A program made the position numbers and the translations under genes. Positions 37,990 through 52,433 of a stretch of 64,000 bases of DNA are shown one piece after another; within the stretch, counting starts at the first letter, position 1, and the number at the start of each line of letters is the position of its first letter. The notes beneath the pieces were generated by a model, which was given only the letters and a program-made list of their open reading frames with translations, was not told the DNA's origin and made no database searches. Origin of the DNA: Hemiscyllium ocellatum (Eukaryota); contig NC_083411.1 of NCBI RefSeq assembly GCF_020745735.1, forward strand, positions 45,751,395 through 45,815,394, written 5' to 3'.

Positions 37990-38763
37990 TGCTTTTAATC
38001 ATTGATAGACTCAGCAAAACATGCTGGCACTAAGTCTCTGTATTTAAGAAATAAAAGGACTATTTAAGCAGGTTTCACTCACTAGATAGAGCATGCAGAG
38101 GGTAAGGTTTTGGCTCGACAATGAAGGAAACATTGTGGCAGTGCCAACCAACCAGTGCCTACAGGTGAGCGTCCTTAGGTTAGGAAATCGCTTTTTCGTG
38201 CTCCAGCAGTGCTCGGGGTAACAAGGGTCAGCCACAGGGATGGGGTATTACTATGTGACACCACTGCCTTCCGCTGTTGGATCACTCACTCAGGGATTTT
38301 GAATGAGGGCCCATTCCCCCCTCCCCGCCCCGCCCCCACCCCACCCCCCTGCAATGTCACTCCCTCCCGCGAGAGGATGAAGAAAATGAAAATGAGAAAT
38401 AAAGAAGATAAAAAAGGTTGGGAAAGAAAGGAGGAAGCGGCCACCTGGAGCCAAGGAGCCTGGACAGTGCAACTGCCTCTATTCTATCCTCATACACTGC
38501 TGTCTCTGACCTGAAGGCACAGATCACCCGCTGCAGAGAATAATCAGTAAACCCTACCTCTCGTTCGGTGGTAATCCCTGTTCCAGTACATACACGGCTC
38601 TCAACATTTCATCCAAAATCCTTTCCTGCAGTTGGTTTTGCCTGTACAAGTATCATTTTAAATCACACCTATTAAAGCTAACTAATCACATTGAGCAACT
38701 AATGCCTTGAACACATCCAGAACGTGAAGTACAGTGAAGATTGAAAGAATGGAAAGCACTTGG
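37990..38763 (-). mobile_element. Copy-2-specific ~775 bp segment, possibly a LINE 5'/ORF1 fragment
   Basis: Absent at 6850-6857 in copy 1; no TSD seen; family assignment weak. Confidence 0.35.
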
Positions 38764-39875
38764 AACAGCTGTCAAAACTGAGCTGTAACTTAGGTAAAAC
38801 TTGTTCAATATGAACCTCCCTCGTCATTTCACTAACTCCCCGTCCCCAGTTTATGGCTTGATCTTTTGTCCTTACCTGTGCTACTTCCTTGAAGGAGAGT
38901 CTGTCAGTGAAGTTCTCCCACTGTCAGCACCTCAATGCAGAGTGACTGCTCGTGCTGCTTCACTGTCTCTCTCACACCAGGGACACTGAGCAACTGGGTA
39001 CAGAACAGGGACTGTTACATTCTGTCAGATTATACCGATTACTGTGCACTGTCCAATGAGAATCACACACAATGAATGCTCACTTGCTGCCGGGTAGATT
39101 ATATTTTTATAGTTTGTGATTCCTGAACTTATTTCTCCTTTATTCTGAGCATTATCCTAATTCTTAACTGAACTGGGAAGTCCCTTTGCCAAGCAAAGGA
39201 TTATAGTTTATCCTGAAGGACGCTTCATTTAAAATAACAGAAGCTTTTCATTGCACAGGTATAGTTTCCCATCGCTTTGTACATCCACTAAGATATCAAT
39301 TCTGTCTGAGAATAAGAGAGAGGAGCAGAATTAGGCCATTCAGCCAATCGAGCCTGCTCTGTCTTTCAATCTTGGCTGAATTACCTCTTAAACCTACTCT
39401 CCTGCCTTCTCCCCAGTTCTGTTGCTTTGGGGGTCATTTGAACCTCTCAGGGCAGATGAGGTGTTTCTCTGCAGGCAGCAGGCTGAAACACTGGAAAATA
39501 CTGGCATTAGTGCTAACCAAAGAACCACCATCTATTTCATATTTGTCCCTCATAAGGTCACATTGTGTGAGCATGACAGTAACTCTCAACACATAAATCC
39601 TTGGCACTAGCTTCGAGATGATGGGTTAGGCATGTAGTCTGGGAGAAAGTGAGGACTGCAGATGCTGGAGAGTCAGAGTTGAAAAGTGTGGCACTGGAAA
39701 GATACAGCAGGTCAATCAGCATCCAAGGAGCAGGAGACATTGTGCTGTGAGTGGTTACTCCCTGATCATGAAGGTACAGTATTGTTTTGACAGTAAAGCT
39801 CACGCTGCAGAAACGGATTCATGACACCATTTTCCATGACACTTGGTTTGCAAAGCAGTGACATGTCATACATTT

Positions 39876-40310
39876 CTGAAAATGTGTTGCTGGAAAAGTG
39901 CAGCAGGTCAGGCAGCATCTAAGGAGCAGGAGAATCGACGTGCCAGTAGTGGAGGTTGGGTTGGTGGGGGGCGTGGACCTGATGAGGAAGTTACGGAGGG
40001 AATGGTCTTTTCGGAACACTGATAGGGGAGGGGAGGGAAATATAACCCTGGTGGTGGGGTCCGTTTGGAAGTGGCGGAAATGACGACAGATGATACGATG
40101 TATATGGAGGTTGGTGGGATGGTAGGTGAGGACCAGTGGTGTTCTGTCCTGGTCGATGTGTCTGTGGTAGCAAGTCTGTTTGAGAATGTGGCTGAAGAGC
40201 TTCTGGGCAGAGGAGATGACCTCCTTTGATTCTCCTGCTCCTTGGATGCTGCCTGACCAGCAACACATTTTCAGCTCTGATCTCCAGCATCTGCAGTCCT
40301 CACTTTCTCC
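39876..40310 (-). mobile_element. Same Penelope insertion in copy 2, internally deleted
   Basis: The junction aatcgacg|tgccagtag removes ~680 bp, including most of the hammerhead and the GIY-YIG region. Confidence 0.88.
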
Positions 40311-41926
40311 CATATCATACATTTCACCTTGGCAGGTAACATTGTATTCCAATTCAGAATATGTGGTGGGATATTTATCTTATTCATCAGTTTCATTTGG
40401 TCAGATTCCCATCAGTCTTATTAAGATAAACAAAAGTTCACAAATATACAATAAACATTGCAAGAAGGGTGAGCTTTTGGTTAGAAGAAAGTATTGTTAA
40501 CAAGAATTGATGTGTTTGGATGCATGTTCGTGAAAATCAATTTATCGAAAAGAATTCCAGTGAAGCAGAATGCAACAGTATGATATTTGACAGCAGTTAC
40601 AGATACAGCAATGATAATGTTTAGATCAGTAATTCTGCATCATAAGATTTGCATTGAGTGGGCATAACTCAGTCCCTCATCTTTTCTCTCTGCAGTATCT
40701 GATTTGCTGTTGCGATTTCTTCCCAATCATTTTTCCTGTTCTGAGCAGCTGGACCTGACATCATTCTGACATTGAGTTTCACCCATTGTAATGACAGGAA
40801 TCAGTGATGGGTGTCTGGAATGATGGAATATACATAATCCAACAGGGTATACAGAACTCTACCACACCATAATCCTTTGAGTGAAGTAATTTCTCCTCCT
40901 CTCAATCCAGAATGATTGTTGCTTTATGCTAAGATTGATTTTAGAATCTCTGACCAAGGGAAACAGACTCTCAGCAATTATCCGGTCAAATGCTTCATAA
41001 AGTTATCTATCTTAATGAAATATGTTCTCTTCATCTGAACTCCAGATTTACTCAGTCTCTCAGCATAATACAAGCCCCACGTCAATGGGACCAACATAAT
41101 GAAACTTTACTGATGCAATGATTTCATTTCTTAAATATAGAGGCCAGGCCTACACACAGTGCTGCAGGTGTAACCTTACCAAAACCTGTCCAATTTTAGA
41201 AAGACTTCTTGACCCTGAACTTCAATCCTCCCTCTATAACAGACACTTTGCCATTTGTTTTCCTAATTGCTTGCTGCAGCTGCCTGTTGACATTCTGTTC
41301 TCCTTGTCTGAGCACATCCAGATCTCTCTGAACATCACCATTTGGTAGTTCCACATTCTTGCAACCATCATGAATAATCTTCCAGGTATCTACACTGTAC
41401 TCAAACTGCCATCTTGTTCTCCACTCTCTTGACCTGTCTATCTCTTTTCACATTCTGTGTGTCCTCCTCGCAGCTTACCTTTCCACTCCACGTTATATCA
41501 TCAGCAAATGTACAAACATTAGTCTTTGTCTCTTCATTGGCAATCAGGAGTTTAGGTTGGTAACAGCTGTGGCCCAATATTGATCCTTGTGGGATGCTCC
41601 TATTCAGTGAGTTCCTAAATGTAAACTGCGCCATTAAGGTCTACTCGCTGCTTCTAGTTTACTAACAAATCCTCTATGCATTCTACAATGTTGCTCCCCC
41701 AACTCAACAATTCCGCAAACAATTCCACAAAAGAATTGCTCCTGTTTTTATCTGTCAGCCAGCACTCCCTGATTAGGGCTGTTAAGCTGGTCCAATCAGG
41801 GACTCATTCCATGAAATCCCCAGGCTTATAATCACCACACCCAGGGACATAGGCCTATTGTTTATCTTGTAGCCTCTCCTGGGGTGTTTACAAATGGGGC
41901 CAGTACCTCTGACTCTGCCTTGGATA

Positions 41927-44317
41927 CATAGAACATAGAACATAGAAGGATACAGCGCAGTACAGGCCCTTCGGCCCTTGATGTTGCGCCGACCGAATCC
42001 TACCTAACCTATACTAGCCCAATAACTTCCAAATGCCTATCCAATGCCCGCTTAAATGACCATAAAGAAGGAGAGTTCACCACTGATACGGGCAGGGCAT
42101 TCCATGAACTCACAACCCGCTGTGTGAAGAATCTACCCCTAACATCTGTCCTATACCTACCACCCCTTAATTTAAAGCTATGTCCCCTAGTAACACCTGA
42201 CTCCATTAGCGGTAAAAGGTTCTTAGTATCTACCCTATCTAAACCCCTAATCATGTTATACACTTCTATCAGATCTCCCCTAAACCTTCTCTTCTCCAAT
42301 GAGAACAGCCCCAAGTGCCTCAGCCTTTCCTCATAAGATTTTCCTACCATTCCAGGCAACATCCTGGTAAACCTCCTCTGCACTCATTCTAAAGCTTCCA
42401 CATCCTTCCTATAGTATGGCGACCAAAACTGCACACAATACTCCAGATGAGGCCTCACCAGAGTCCTATACAACTGCAACATGACCTCAGGACTCCGGAA
42501 CTCAATTCCTCTGCCAATAAAGCCCAGTACACCATATGCCTTCCTCACAGCACTATTTACCTGGGTGGCAACTTTCAGAGATCTGTGTACATAGACACCA
42601 AGATCCCTCTGCTCATCCACACTACCAAGTAGCCTACCATTAGCCCAGTAATCCATCATCTTGTTATTCCTACCAAAGTGAACGACTTCGTACTTAGCTA
42701 CATTGAATTCCATTTGCCACATTTCCGCCCAGCTCTGCAACTTATCTATATCCCGCTGTAACCTACCACTTCCTTCCTCACTATCCACAACTCCACCGAC
42801 TTTTGTGTCATCCGCAAACTTGCTTACCCAGCTTTCAAGTCCTTCCTCTAGATCATTTATAAAGATAACAAAAAGCAATGGTCCCAAAACAGATCCTTGT
42901 GGTACACCGCTAGTAACTGCGCTCCAAGATGAACATAATCCATCAACTACTACCCTCTGTCTCCTTCCAGCCAGCCAATTCCTAATCCAAACCTCTAATG
43001 TATCCTCAATGCCATACCTCCGAAGTTTTAGCATTAGCCTACCATGGGGAACCTTATCGAACGCCTTACTAAAATCCATATACACAACATCTACTGCTTT
43101 ACCCTCATCCACTTCCTTAGTAACCTTCTCAAAGAACTCAATAAGGTTTGTGAGGCACGACCTGCCCTTCACAAAACCATGCTGGCTATCCCTGATCACG
43201 TTATTCCTACCCAGATGTTCATAAATCTTATCCCTTACCATTCTCTCTAAGACTTTGCCCACCACTGAAGTCAGACTCACTGGCCTATAGTTACTAGGGC
43301 TATCCCTACTCCCTTTCTTGAACAATGGGACCACATTTGCTATCCTCCAGTCCTCTGGTACTATTCCCGTAGACAATGACGACATAAAAATCCAGGCCAA
43401 TGGCTCTGCTATCTCCTCCCTAGCTTCCCATAGGATCCTGGGGTAAATGCCATCAGGCCCAGGAGACTTATCTATATTCATCCTTTCCAAAATTCCCAAA
43501 ACCTCCTCCCTGCATATTTCCAGGGCATCCATTCTAATTATTTGTGATTCCATATTCACATCAGCAACAGTGTCCTGTTCCTGAGTGAATACTGATGAAA
43601 AGTACTGATTTAATGTCTCTCCAATCTCCTCCGCCTCCACACACAACTTCCCACTACTATCCTTGACTGGACCGATACCTACCCTAGTCATCCTTTTATT
43701 CTTGACATACCTATAGAAAGCCTTTGGGTTTTCCCTAATCCTACCAGCTAAAGACTTTTCATGTCCCCTTCTCGCTTCTCTTAGCTCCCTCTTTAGCTCC
43801 TTCCTGGCTACCTTATAACTCTCAATCGCCCCAACTGAACCTTCACGCCTCATCTTTACATATGCCGCCTTCTTCCCTTTCACAAGGGACTCCAATTCCT
43901 TACTAAACCACGGCTGCCTCACAAGGCCCTTTACACCATGCCTGACTGGTGCATACCTATCGAGGACACGCAGTAGCTGCTCCTTGAACAATCCCCACAT
44001 CTCATTAGTGTTCTTCTCTTGAAGCCTGTTTTTCCAATCCACACATCCTAAGTCATGCCTCACTGCATCATAATTCCCCTGCCCCCAGCTATAGCTCTTG
44101 CCCTGCGGCGCACGATTATCCCTCTCCATCACTAAAGTAAAAGTCACCGAGTTGTGGTCACTGTCCCCGAAGTGCTCACCTACCTCCAAGTCTAACACCT
44201 GGCCTGGTTCATTACCTAGAACCAAATCCAATATAGCCTCCCCTCTTGTTGGCCTGTCGACATATTGTGTCAGGAAACCCTCCTGCACACATTGTAAACC
44301 CTCCTGCACACATTGTA
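41927..44317 (-). mobile_element. Young 5'-truncated CR1 LINE inserted into the Gypsy remnant; copy 2 only
   Basis: Near-intact ORF2 (endonuclease end SDH, full RT) with a single TGA at 42384-42386; (ttctatg)n tail; empty site at ~10853. Confidence 0.96.
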
Positions 44318-47020
44318 AGGTGTACAGGTGACATATAGCGGACACTAGGTCAGCGCCTGCACAGGGAGTGTCTCGGAATAAGTTTGTCCTCTTCTTCAGG
44401 CGGTAAAAGCATGGAGGCTGCAACATGTGCCGTGTCCATCTCAGACACCGAGGCTTTTTTTGACAATAGATGGAGGAAAAAGCCCACAATTTTCCACAGC
44501 CTTGCCAGCTGTTCTAAGGGGCTAGCTATGTTTTGCTCTTGCCCTGTTTGTGAGTTTGCAGCTTTGATGTGGTCCATATGTTTGTTCAGGACCGCCTCAC
44601 CGACCCAGACTTTGTACGCCACAGAACCTGACCTTGCGTCAACCATGCCTCTTACCCACACAGGGCCATTTCCATGGTTTTGGCACCAAATGTCATCCCC
44701 TGAAGTAAACCTGCTCGATTGCTTAAAGCAGTCTTGTGTCAGACATTAGTGTTTATGATGGCTTTTTATATCCTCGCCCACTCCCCAACATGTCAGGGAA
44801 GATCAGATTTAACCTGGCATGGAGCCTTCTCCCCATTTGTGACTCTGCTGGAGCTATTCCAGTGGTTGCATGTGGGGTGGTCCTATTATCAAACAGGAAC
44901 CAGGTCAGTTTAGTATCGAGTAAACCTATGGGCTGTTTCTTTGAGCCTGCCTTCAATGTTTGGATGGCTCTTTCTGCTCGACCATTGGACAAGGGATGAT
45001 ATGGAGCTGTCATCATATGCCGAATGCTATTCAATTTTAGGAAACACTCGATGTCCCCGCTGGTAACGGATGACCTATTGTCGGTGACCAACACTTCCAG
45101 GAGACTGCGGATTACAAAGGATGCTCAAATCTTTGCTACGGTCCCTGTGGATGATGAATGAACTTTATGCACGTCCAACCAATTTGAGTAGGCATCCACA
45201 ATATTGAAGAATATTGTGACCACGAAAGGGCTGGAATATTCCAAGTGTAACCAAATCCCGGGTTTACCCAACTATTCCTGTGAATGTTGGGGAGATGCTG
45301 GCAGTACATTTTGTCCTTGTTGGAACTCTGGGTAACGCCCCACCAATGTGAACATATCTATATTCAATCCTGGCCACCAGACATAACTTCTCGCCAACAT
45401 CTTTATTTGGATAAGCCCTGGATAACTTTGATAGAGTATCCGGTAGCAACCTTTCCTCGGGACAATCACTCATGTCCGACATAATAACATGGCGTCCTCT
45501 CCAGTGGTGTAGACTCGCCAGGTCCAGAAAGATTGCTATTCTGGTTGTGATGGCCCTTATATTCGCGGCATCACTACCAGCTGTTTCAGTTTTGCTCAGA
45601 GTGCATCTTTTTTGCGTCCACACGTTGAAAATGGATTCTTCCAGTGGCAGCACTACCACTGGTGTATCTGCCAGTGGGAGGCAGTTCAGGGCATCCGCCA
45701 TTGCTACTTGGCCTCCTGGACGATGTAATTGTGCACACTTGGAATGAGAACCATTCCTGAATTCGACCAGAAGCTAATGTAATCTAATAGAATGCCTACA
45801 GTGTTGAAATAGGCCATTTAGCCAAACAAGCTCACAGCGACCCTTCAAAGAGTACCCCACCCAGACCCATTCCCCTACATTTACTCTACATTTTACCCCT
45901 AACTAATTCAGCTCACCTACACATCCCTGAACACTACAGGCAATTTAGCCTGGCCAATTCAGCTGACCTGCACATCTTTGGGATGTGGGAAGAAACCTGA
46001 ACACCCGGAGTAAACTCATGCAAAATGTGCTAACTCCACACAGACAGTCACCCGAGGGTGAAATCGAACAAAGGTCCCTGGCACTGTGAGGCAGCAATGC
46101 GAACCACTGAGCCACCGTGCTACCCTGGATGACACAGGCTTGTTCTCTTTGAATAGCCCTAGCAGTGGTTTGTGGTCTGTTATTACAAATTTACATCTGT
46201 AAAGGCATTGATGTAACTTAACCAATAGCATAGGCTTCAGCCAAAGTCCAGAAAGCCGACATCATTGGGCATTCCATTCCATTGAGCCACTGGTAGCCAC
46301 CAGGACCCAAATCTGTCTGCGGAGGCATCACATGTCAGCACCAGATCTCACTTGCAGCAATAGGGTGCTTACACCTTCAATGATGAAAGCTACTTCCTCA
46401 TTTCCCTAACGACGATATCTTGGCTGCAAGACCATTTCCAAGGCTGACCCTTTTCCAATGGCAGATGTAAGGGTGCCAGGATTGAGGCCAGGGTAATGTA
46501 TGAACTTTCCATAATAATTTACCAATCCAAGGAAAGACCTAATCTCCACTATTGACATGGGAGTCCAGCACATTTGTTCATCCTCACGTTATCTTCCAAT
46601 GTTTCTTGTCCATTCTGTAGCCCAATGTACCTGGAACACACATTTTTAACTTCAAATGCATATGTCCATGTGCAAGAAACGGCTAAGGACTATGTCCAAG
46701 TTCTCAACGTGCTCTTCATTGGTCTTCTCTGTTATTACTGCATCATCTAAATAAATAGCAACCTCGGGTTGACCACCAGGGTAGAACATTGTAAAATGTT
46801 CTCCATCATCCACTGAAAAATAGTACAGGCTGATGATTGCTCAAATGGCAGTCTTATATATTGGTACAAGCCCTTATGGGAATTAATTGTCGCATACTTT
46901 TGGAAATCCTCATTTAACCACAATTGCAAGTACACATGTCTCATGTTCAACTATGTGAAGGACATTACCCCTGTGCCAGTTTTGTATATAAATCCTCAAT
47001 GTGAGAGTTTGGGTATGTGA
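44318..47020 (-). mobile_element. Decayed Gypsy element, copy 2 (its 3' part continues at ~41700-41926, beyond the CR1 insertion)
   Basis: Paralogous ORF fragments at 44350, 44753, 45272, 46016 and 46747. Confidence 0.88.
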
Positions 47021-50000
47021 GAGTTGGGCTGACTGCTCTGTAGTTCCCAGCCCTTTCCTTACTGCCCTTCTTAAATAATTGCTCAACATTAGCTACCCTC
47101 TATCTTCTGGCACCTCCCTTGTGCCTGTCGATGATACTAATATGTCGACTAGGGATCCTGCAGTTTCTTCGTTAGATTCCCACAATTTCTTGGGATACAC
47201 TTGATCAAGTTAAGAAACTTCCAGAATAAATGGGAATGGATTTGGGAGGTGACATCATTTTCAATGACTTTGGAGAGAAAAGGGACATTGATTCTTTGCA
47301 AGTACCGTATATACTCGAGTAGAAGTCGATCTCATGTAAATGTTGACCCCATGTTTTTGGTCAAAATGTTAGGATTTTTCCATAGATCTCATGTAAAAGT
47401 CAACCTTGGTTATTCACAGATAACAAATCAACACTTATGAGTCAGTGACCGTACCCATTACGCTCCAGTCCGGCTTTCCAGTCCACCAGCTGTCACGTTC
47501 TCTCCAGGTTTTCAGAATTGCTGTAATTCTTGTGTATTGCATCTTTATTTGTTTAGAGATCAGCTGGGCTTCTGTTACCGATACGGTATGTATTTTAACG
47601 GGCACTAATTTGAACTGAGGCATCCCTATAATAGTCAACCCCATAAACTTAACTTTATAAATTAGTGAAAAAATTCAATTATTTCTCGAGTATACTGGAC
47701 TGGTATCTGGAATACAGTACGACAATACCACTCTTCCGTAGCAAGCAGAATGGAGGCATTTATTTTGGCGATAAATATTCAATATGGCCATAATTCTTTC
47801 TCCTTTTGTTGTTTATTATTTGACCTAGAGATCTGGATCTTGTTTGGCCAGTTTTGACTCACACTAAGCATGATTTTCATCCCCTCAAAAACAATACTCG
47901 TGTCATAGTCGAACCCCTAATTTCAGCTTAAACAAACCATCCAAAAAATTGGACTTTTACACCAGTATGTACAGTTCTTAGGGATTGAACAGATAAGGAT
48001 CTAAAAGTATCTGACAACTGGAGGAATCTCTTCATTTCAAAGATGTGGGTCAAATCTTTGGCCCTTGATATTGGTGATTTTGGCGGCAGGAAGGGCACCT
48101 CATTAGACAGAGAATTAAGTGTAGGAAGGCCCACGGTCAACTTTCCCATCCAGCAAATCGTGTCCATCCAATCGAGACCCTTAAGACCAAGTAATGGCCA
48201 TTCAGGGGTCTTAGCTGACTGCTGCTGGGGTTAACCCCATGGCAAGCTGGCATGTTACTATGCAGCATGCACTATCACTGTTCTCCTGCTGCACAACCAC
48301 CAAATGAAGGACCTGTGCTCTGAAAGCGAGTGCTTCCAATTAAACCTGTTGGACTATAACCTGGTGTTGTGTGATTTTTAACTTTGTACACCTGAGTCCA
48401 ACCCCAGTATCTCCAAATCATGCAGACAGCTTGTCACCTCGGGAGGAATGGGCAAGGATCTCTTGATCCAAAGCCAATCAGTATCTGATCAAGGGATTAG
48501 ACATCTCACAGGTGGGTGCTTGTCTGTCGTTGGACAGAGCCCCAACCACAAAACCTACTCCCCTGCCACCCCATCACTTCCCTTTCTCCTAGTTCACCCT
48601 GCAATCCTTGGACTCTGAATGGGTGTATCTCCAGCAGGAGCCATGGCCTCCTCTATGACATGCCAATATAAGACCCATTGGCCTGTGTTTAGTCAGCAGC
48701 TCCATCCAAATGAGACCTCCATCCCCGTGCATCTGATTCCCGGGGAAGTCCACTTGTGGCCTTGCCACTGCCTAATTGAATTGTGATGCAGTGGGCCTTC
48801 CCTGGAAGAGGCAGTGTTAGTCTCTCACTCACTCTCCTGCCTTCAGAAGTTTCTGATCATATTTTGGAAGGAAACAAAACTTAATAATGTGGTAAGGAAG
48901 GAAGAAATCCAAAATAATTTGAACTCTTTGAACAATAACTTTGTTAACGGTTCCCAAAATGATAATCAATTATTTATTGATAACACAGCATTTAATTAGA
49001 ACACTTTCCGATACAAATGTCAACGCAAGCTGAACTCCAATGATATGGTAATGCCATAAAAACAGATACAGAACATGAGCTTGACTGAAAATAAACTTGC
49101 CTTTTATTTAATGTGTTTAAAAAGGGCAGCTTGATTCAGAACAAAGGAATCTTGGTCCATGAGCATATGTTGTAACAGTCATCCTTGCAATCACTGGTCC
49201 TCCTGTCTTATAGTATCTCAGCAGCTGGGACCCATGGGGGAACTGGCAGAGGGTAAGTGAGTAATATGGTCGTAGAGGTGAGTGTGTCAGCTTTAGTACA
49301 ACATGAACCTTGGAAATACAAAGTTGTTAGTGGAAGGGTTTCTTTTATGAATTGTGTCCGAAAATGACAACAGATTACAGTTTATGTCAATATGGTTTAA
49401 AGTGAGGGGAAAGACTTAAAAAGGCCCTGAGGGGTAACCTTTTCACACAGAATGTAGAGCGTGTCTGGAATGAGATGCCAGGGGAAGTGGTGGAGGCTGG
49501 TACAATTACAACATTTAAAAGGCATATGGGTGGGTATAAGAGTCAGAAGGGTTTAGAAGGATATGCCAAATCCAAGCAAATGGGACGAGGTCAGATTGGA
49601 ATGTCTGGTCAGTGTGGATGACTTGGACCAAAGAAACTGTTTCTGTGGATGTTGCAATTTATGATTCCAGTATCCTGTACTGTCTTCACTGGGAAGCTGC
49701 TGTCAACAGCATGTCTGCAATTTACATCTGCTTCAGTCGCCTGCCTCGCATTTGCAAATGCTACCTCTGTATTGTGAGTGACGGCTTTTGGAGCAGAACA
49801 GTGGCAGTCGTGGAAAATTACTTTGAAGTGGTTTGTGGTCAGTTCTGAATGTGATTTTGTCTCCTGGAAGTAGTTATTGATGAAAATGTTCACAAGCAAA
49901 GACAATGGCCAAGCATTCTTTGTCCATTCATGTGTAATGTGTTCCATTCTGTTAATGTCCTGGAACTAAATGCGACCCGCTAACCTTGCTGCATCAGGGT

Positions 50001-50907
50001 GCTGCAAGTCCTGTCTCACTGGTACTGAGGGGTGGGACCTTGATGCCAAGTGCAGTCTCTCTCCCATCACCTGTGCAGTTCACTGCTTTGGACCGTGTTT
50101 GGATCTAAGCTGCCATGAGGCCAGGAGCTGAGCGGGCCTGGTTGAACCAAACTGAGCATCAGAGAGCAGGTTATTGTTGAGCAACTGTTGTTTGATAGCA
50201 ACATCACTTTGTTAATGATTGAGAGGAGACTGCAAAGGCAGTTAGTGGTTCATTATTCGATCTGTGTTATTTGTCAGTTAGATTCAAATGGACAAATTGC
50301 CTCGGGCCTTGGCAGGGTGTGGAGCTGGTGCTTTCAGTCGTATTGCTGCATGTTGTCAGGGCCCTTCGCTCTTACATTATCCAGTGCCTTCATCCATATT
50401 TTGATATCATGTATATTGAGATCTGCAGAAAACTGAAATCTTTTCTGACATTCTCTGCATTGTGCAACAACTGTTCTAACGCCAGGTGAGTGGGCTGTAC
50501 ACTGAATGTGCTGATGGGTTTAACAGCATTGGAAAACAAGCTTTCTCTTGATAAGGCTTTATGTTGGGATTGTTATATGCTCGGAGGAAGACTATACTGT
50601 TAACCTTAACACAGGTTTAAAATGTCATGTGAATGATAGCTATGAAGGTGGAAAAAGGGACCAATGTGGAAATTACCCATAATCAAAAATAAACACAATC
50701 CCAGTGAATTTTCTTTCTGTAGGAGTCCATTTCAGTCATAATGCTGTTGTCATACTTTAGAAGACACCATTACAGAGAAGGAGCTGAATGTTAGAAAGAG
50801 CTGTCCATCACTGTCATTGTGGACACACAGATATTTCTGACCAGAGGAATAGTGGGCTGAATGGATACATCCTGTGCTGGATGATTCCAGCAGCAGGGAA
50901 CACGTAT

Positions 50908-50913
50908 TTTATT
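50908..50913 (-). terminator. Candidate polyadenylation signal, gene B
   Basis: AATAAA ~230 nt after the stop. Confidence 0.55.
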
Positions 50914-51144
50914 TGTATTTCATGAAGGGATAGCCAGTGTGCCAGGAATATGTGAAGTTAATTGGAGTCTTAAAATTCACCTTATTATACACCTCAAAAA
51001 AGATGCTGTTTTTTCTGCAATAACATTTCCTTGATATCAGGGAGGAATATTTTCAAAAATGAGTCAGTCACAAGGGAATATTTGAGTAAAGTTTCATCAG
51101 TATTTAGGGCTAGATCCCATTTATCCATCAACTGCAGTATCCAC

Positions 51145-52408
51145 TCACTGCACTGATGTTTGGTTTATATCATTTTTGGTCCCAAATGCAGCTGTCACCA
51201 CTTTCTGTGCACTCTCTGTAAGATCATCCAGTGCAGCACTCAGCAGTTTGTAGGTCACAAGGAACGAAGATCCTGCTCCGAAGATGGAACCAATCACTGG
51301 GATGATGTCAAGGGCGAGCTCGATTGCTGAAATGGTGACAGCAGCAGCACCCCAGGCCAATCTGTTTATAACATCGGGGGTTATCTCCCCGCCGACCAGG
51401 GGAGTTGTCACCACTGCTTTCAGATCCTCCACAGGTTTCCCTGCCCTCTTGGCCAGACTTTGAAGAGAGGAATCATTCAGACCCAGACATTGACGAAAAT
51501 GTACTATTCCTCCAATTACTATCCCAATGTCACAGCCCAGGGAGACTCCAGGAACTGGCACTGCCCCAATTACCCCAGACAGTGTCGCCAACATCCAGAC
51601 TCGTTTCCTTAGCTCTTTCCTTTTCTTCTCCACAACCTCCGAGTTGATATTTGGGAGGGCGAGGATGTATACACTTTTCTTTATATTCGGAAGGCCATCT
51701 TCCAGAGCTTTATTTAACAGACTAAAATCATACAGATTCAGGTCAAAGTTTGATATCAGGAACACTCTGGGTGATGGGATCCCAGCCTCTTGCAGCTTGC
51801 TGATACAGTCATTCCTGATCTTCTCCAGTTCTTCCTCTTCATTAAATTGCCTCCCTCCCTTTCTGTTTGAATCAAGATCATTATCAATTTTTGATCGAAC
51901 AAAATAGAAATTCTTTCCAAGCCGTTTGATCTCTCTGGCAAGTTTTGTGTCATTTTCTGTGAATCGACAATATGAGATGATGATGAAAAAATCATACTTT
52001 TTAAATTTCATTTCCTTCAGGTATTTATTCGCAGGGAATTTTTTGGTTCCAATTCCTGGCAAATCCCAGAAACAAACATTCGGCAGGTGGGGATGTTTGT
52101 ATCCCGTTGGCTCCATTGTGGTTTCTATGTTACCAACTTCAGCTGCTCCCTCATCATCGAACTCAAGTCCTCTCATCGCATTGATGAAGGAAGATTTCCC
52201 TGCACCTGTTTCTCCTGTTACTGCAACATTAAGTTCTGTATTGTCCAGTTCAGTTACTTTCTGCTGTACCACTGTTTTAACCTTTTCCACTCCACCCATG
52301 TCATAATCAGACTTGAGTTTGGTGAGTTCTTCATCAGTGAAGAATGTAGAGTTTGATGATTCCACTGTTTCATCTTCTAAACAGTTTGAAGTTTCAGCTC
52401 GTTGATCT
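51145..52408 (-). CDS. irgc-like: IRG gene B, main coding exon (exon 3); immunity-related GTPase / interferon-inducible GTPase 5-like, GKS type
   Basis: G1 GETGAGKS, G3 WDLPGIG, G4 RSKID, FLISN. Acceptor ttttctttcag ends at 52409. The first ~72 aa of the 493-aa track ORF come from intron/TE sequence. Confidence 0.95.
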
Positions 52409-52433
52409 CTGAAAGAAAATAAGCTTAAATAAT

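Noticed and set aside
42384-44489. 701-aa ORF as a host gene or Gypsy-CR1 fusion protein
   Set aside because: 5'-truncated CR1 ORF2 read in from flanking Gypsy sequence by chance; it also has a premature stop.
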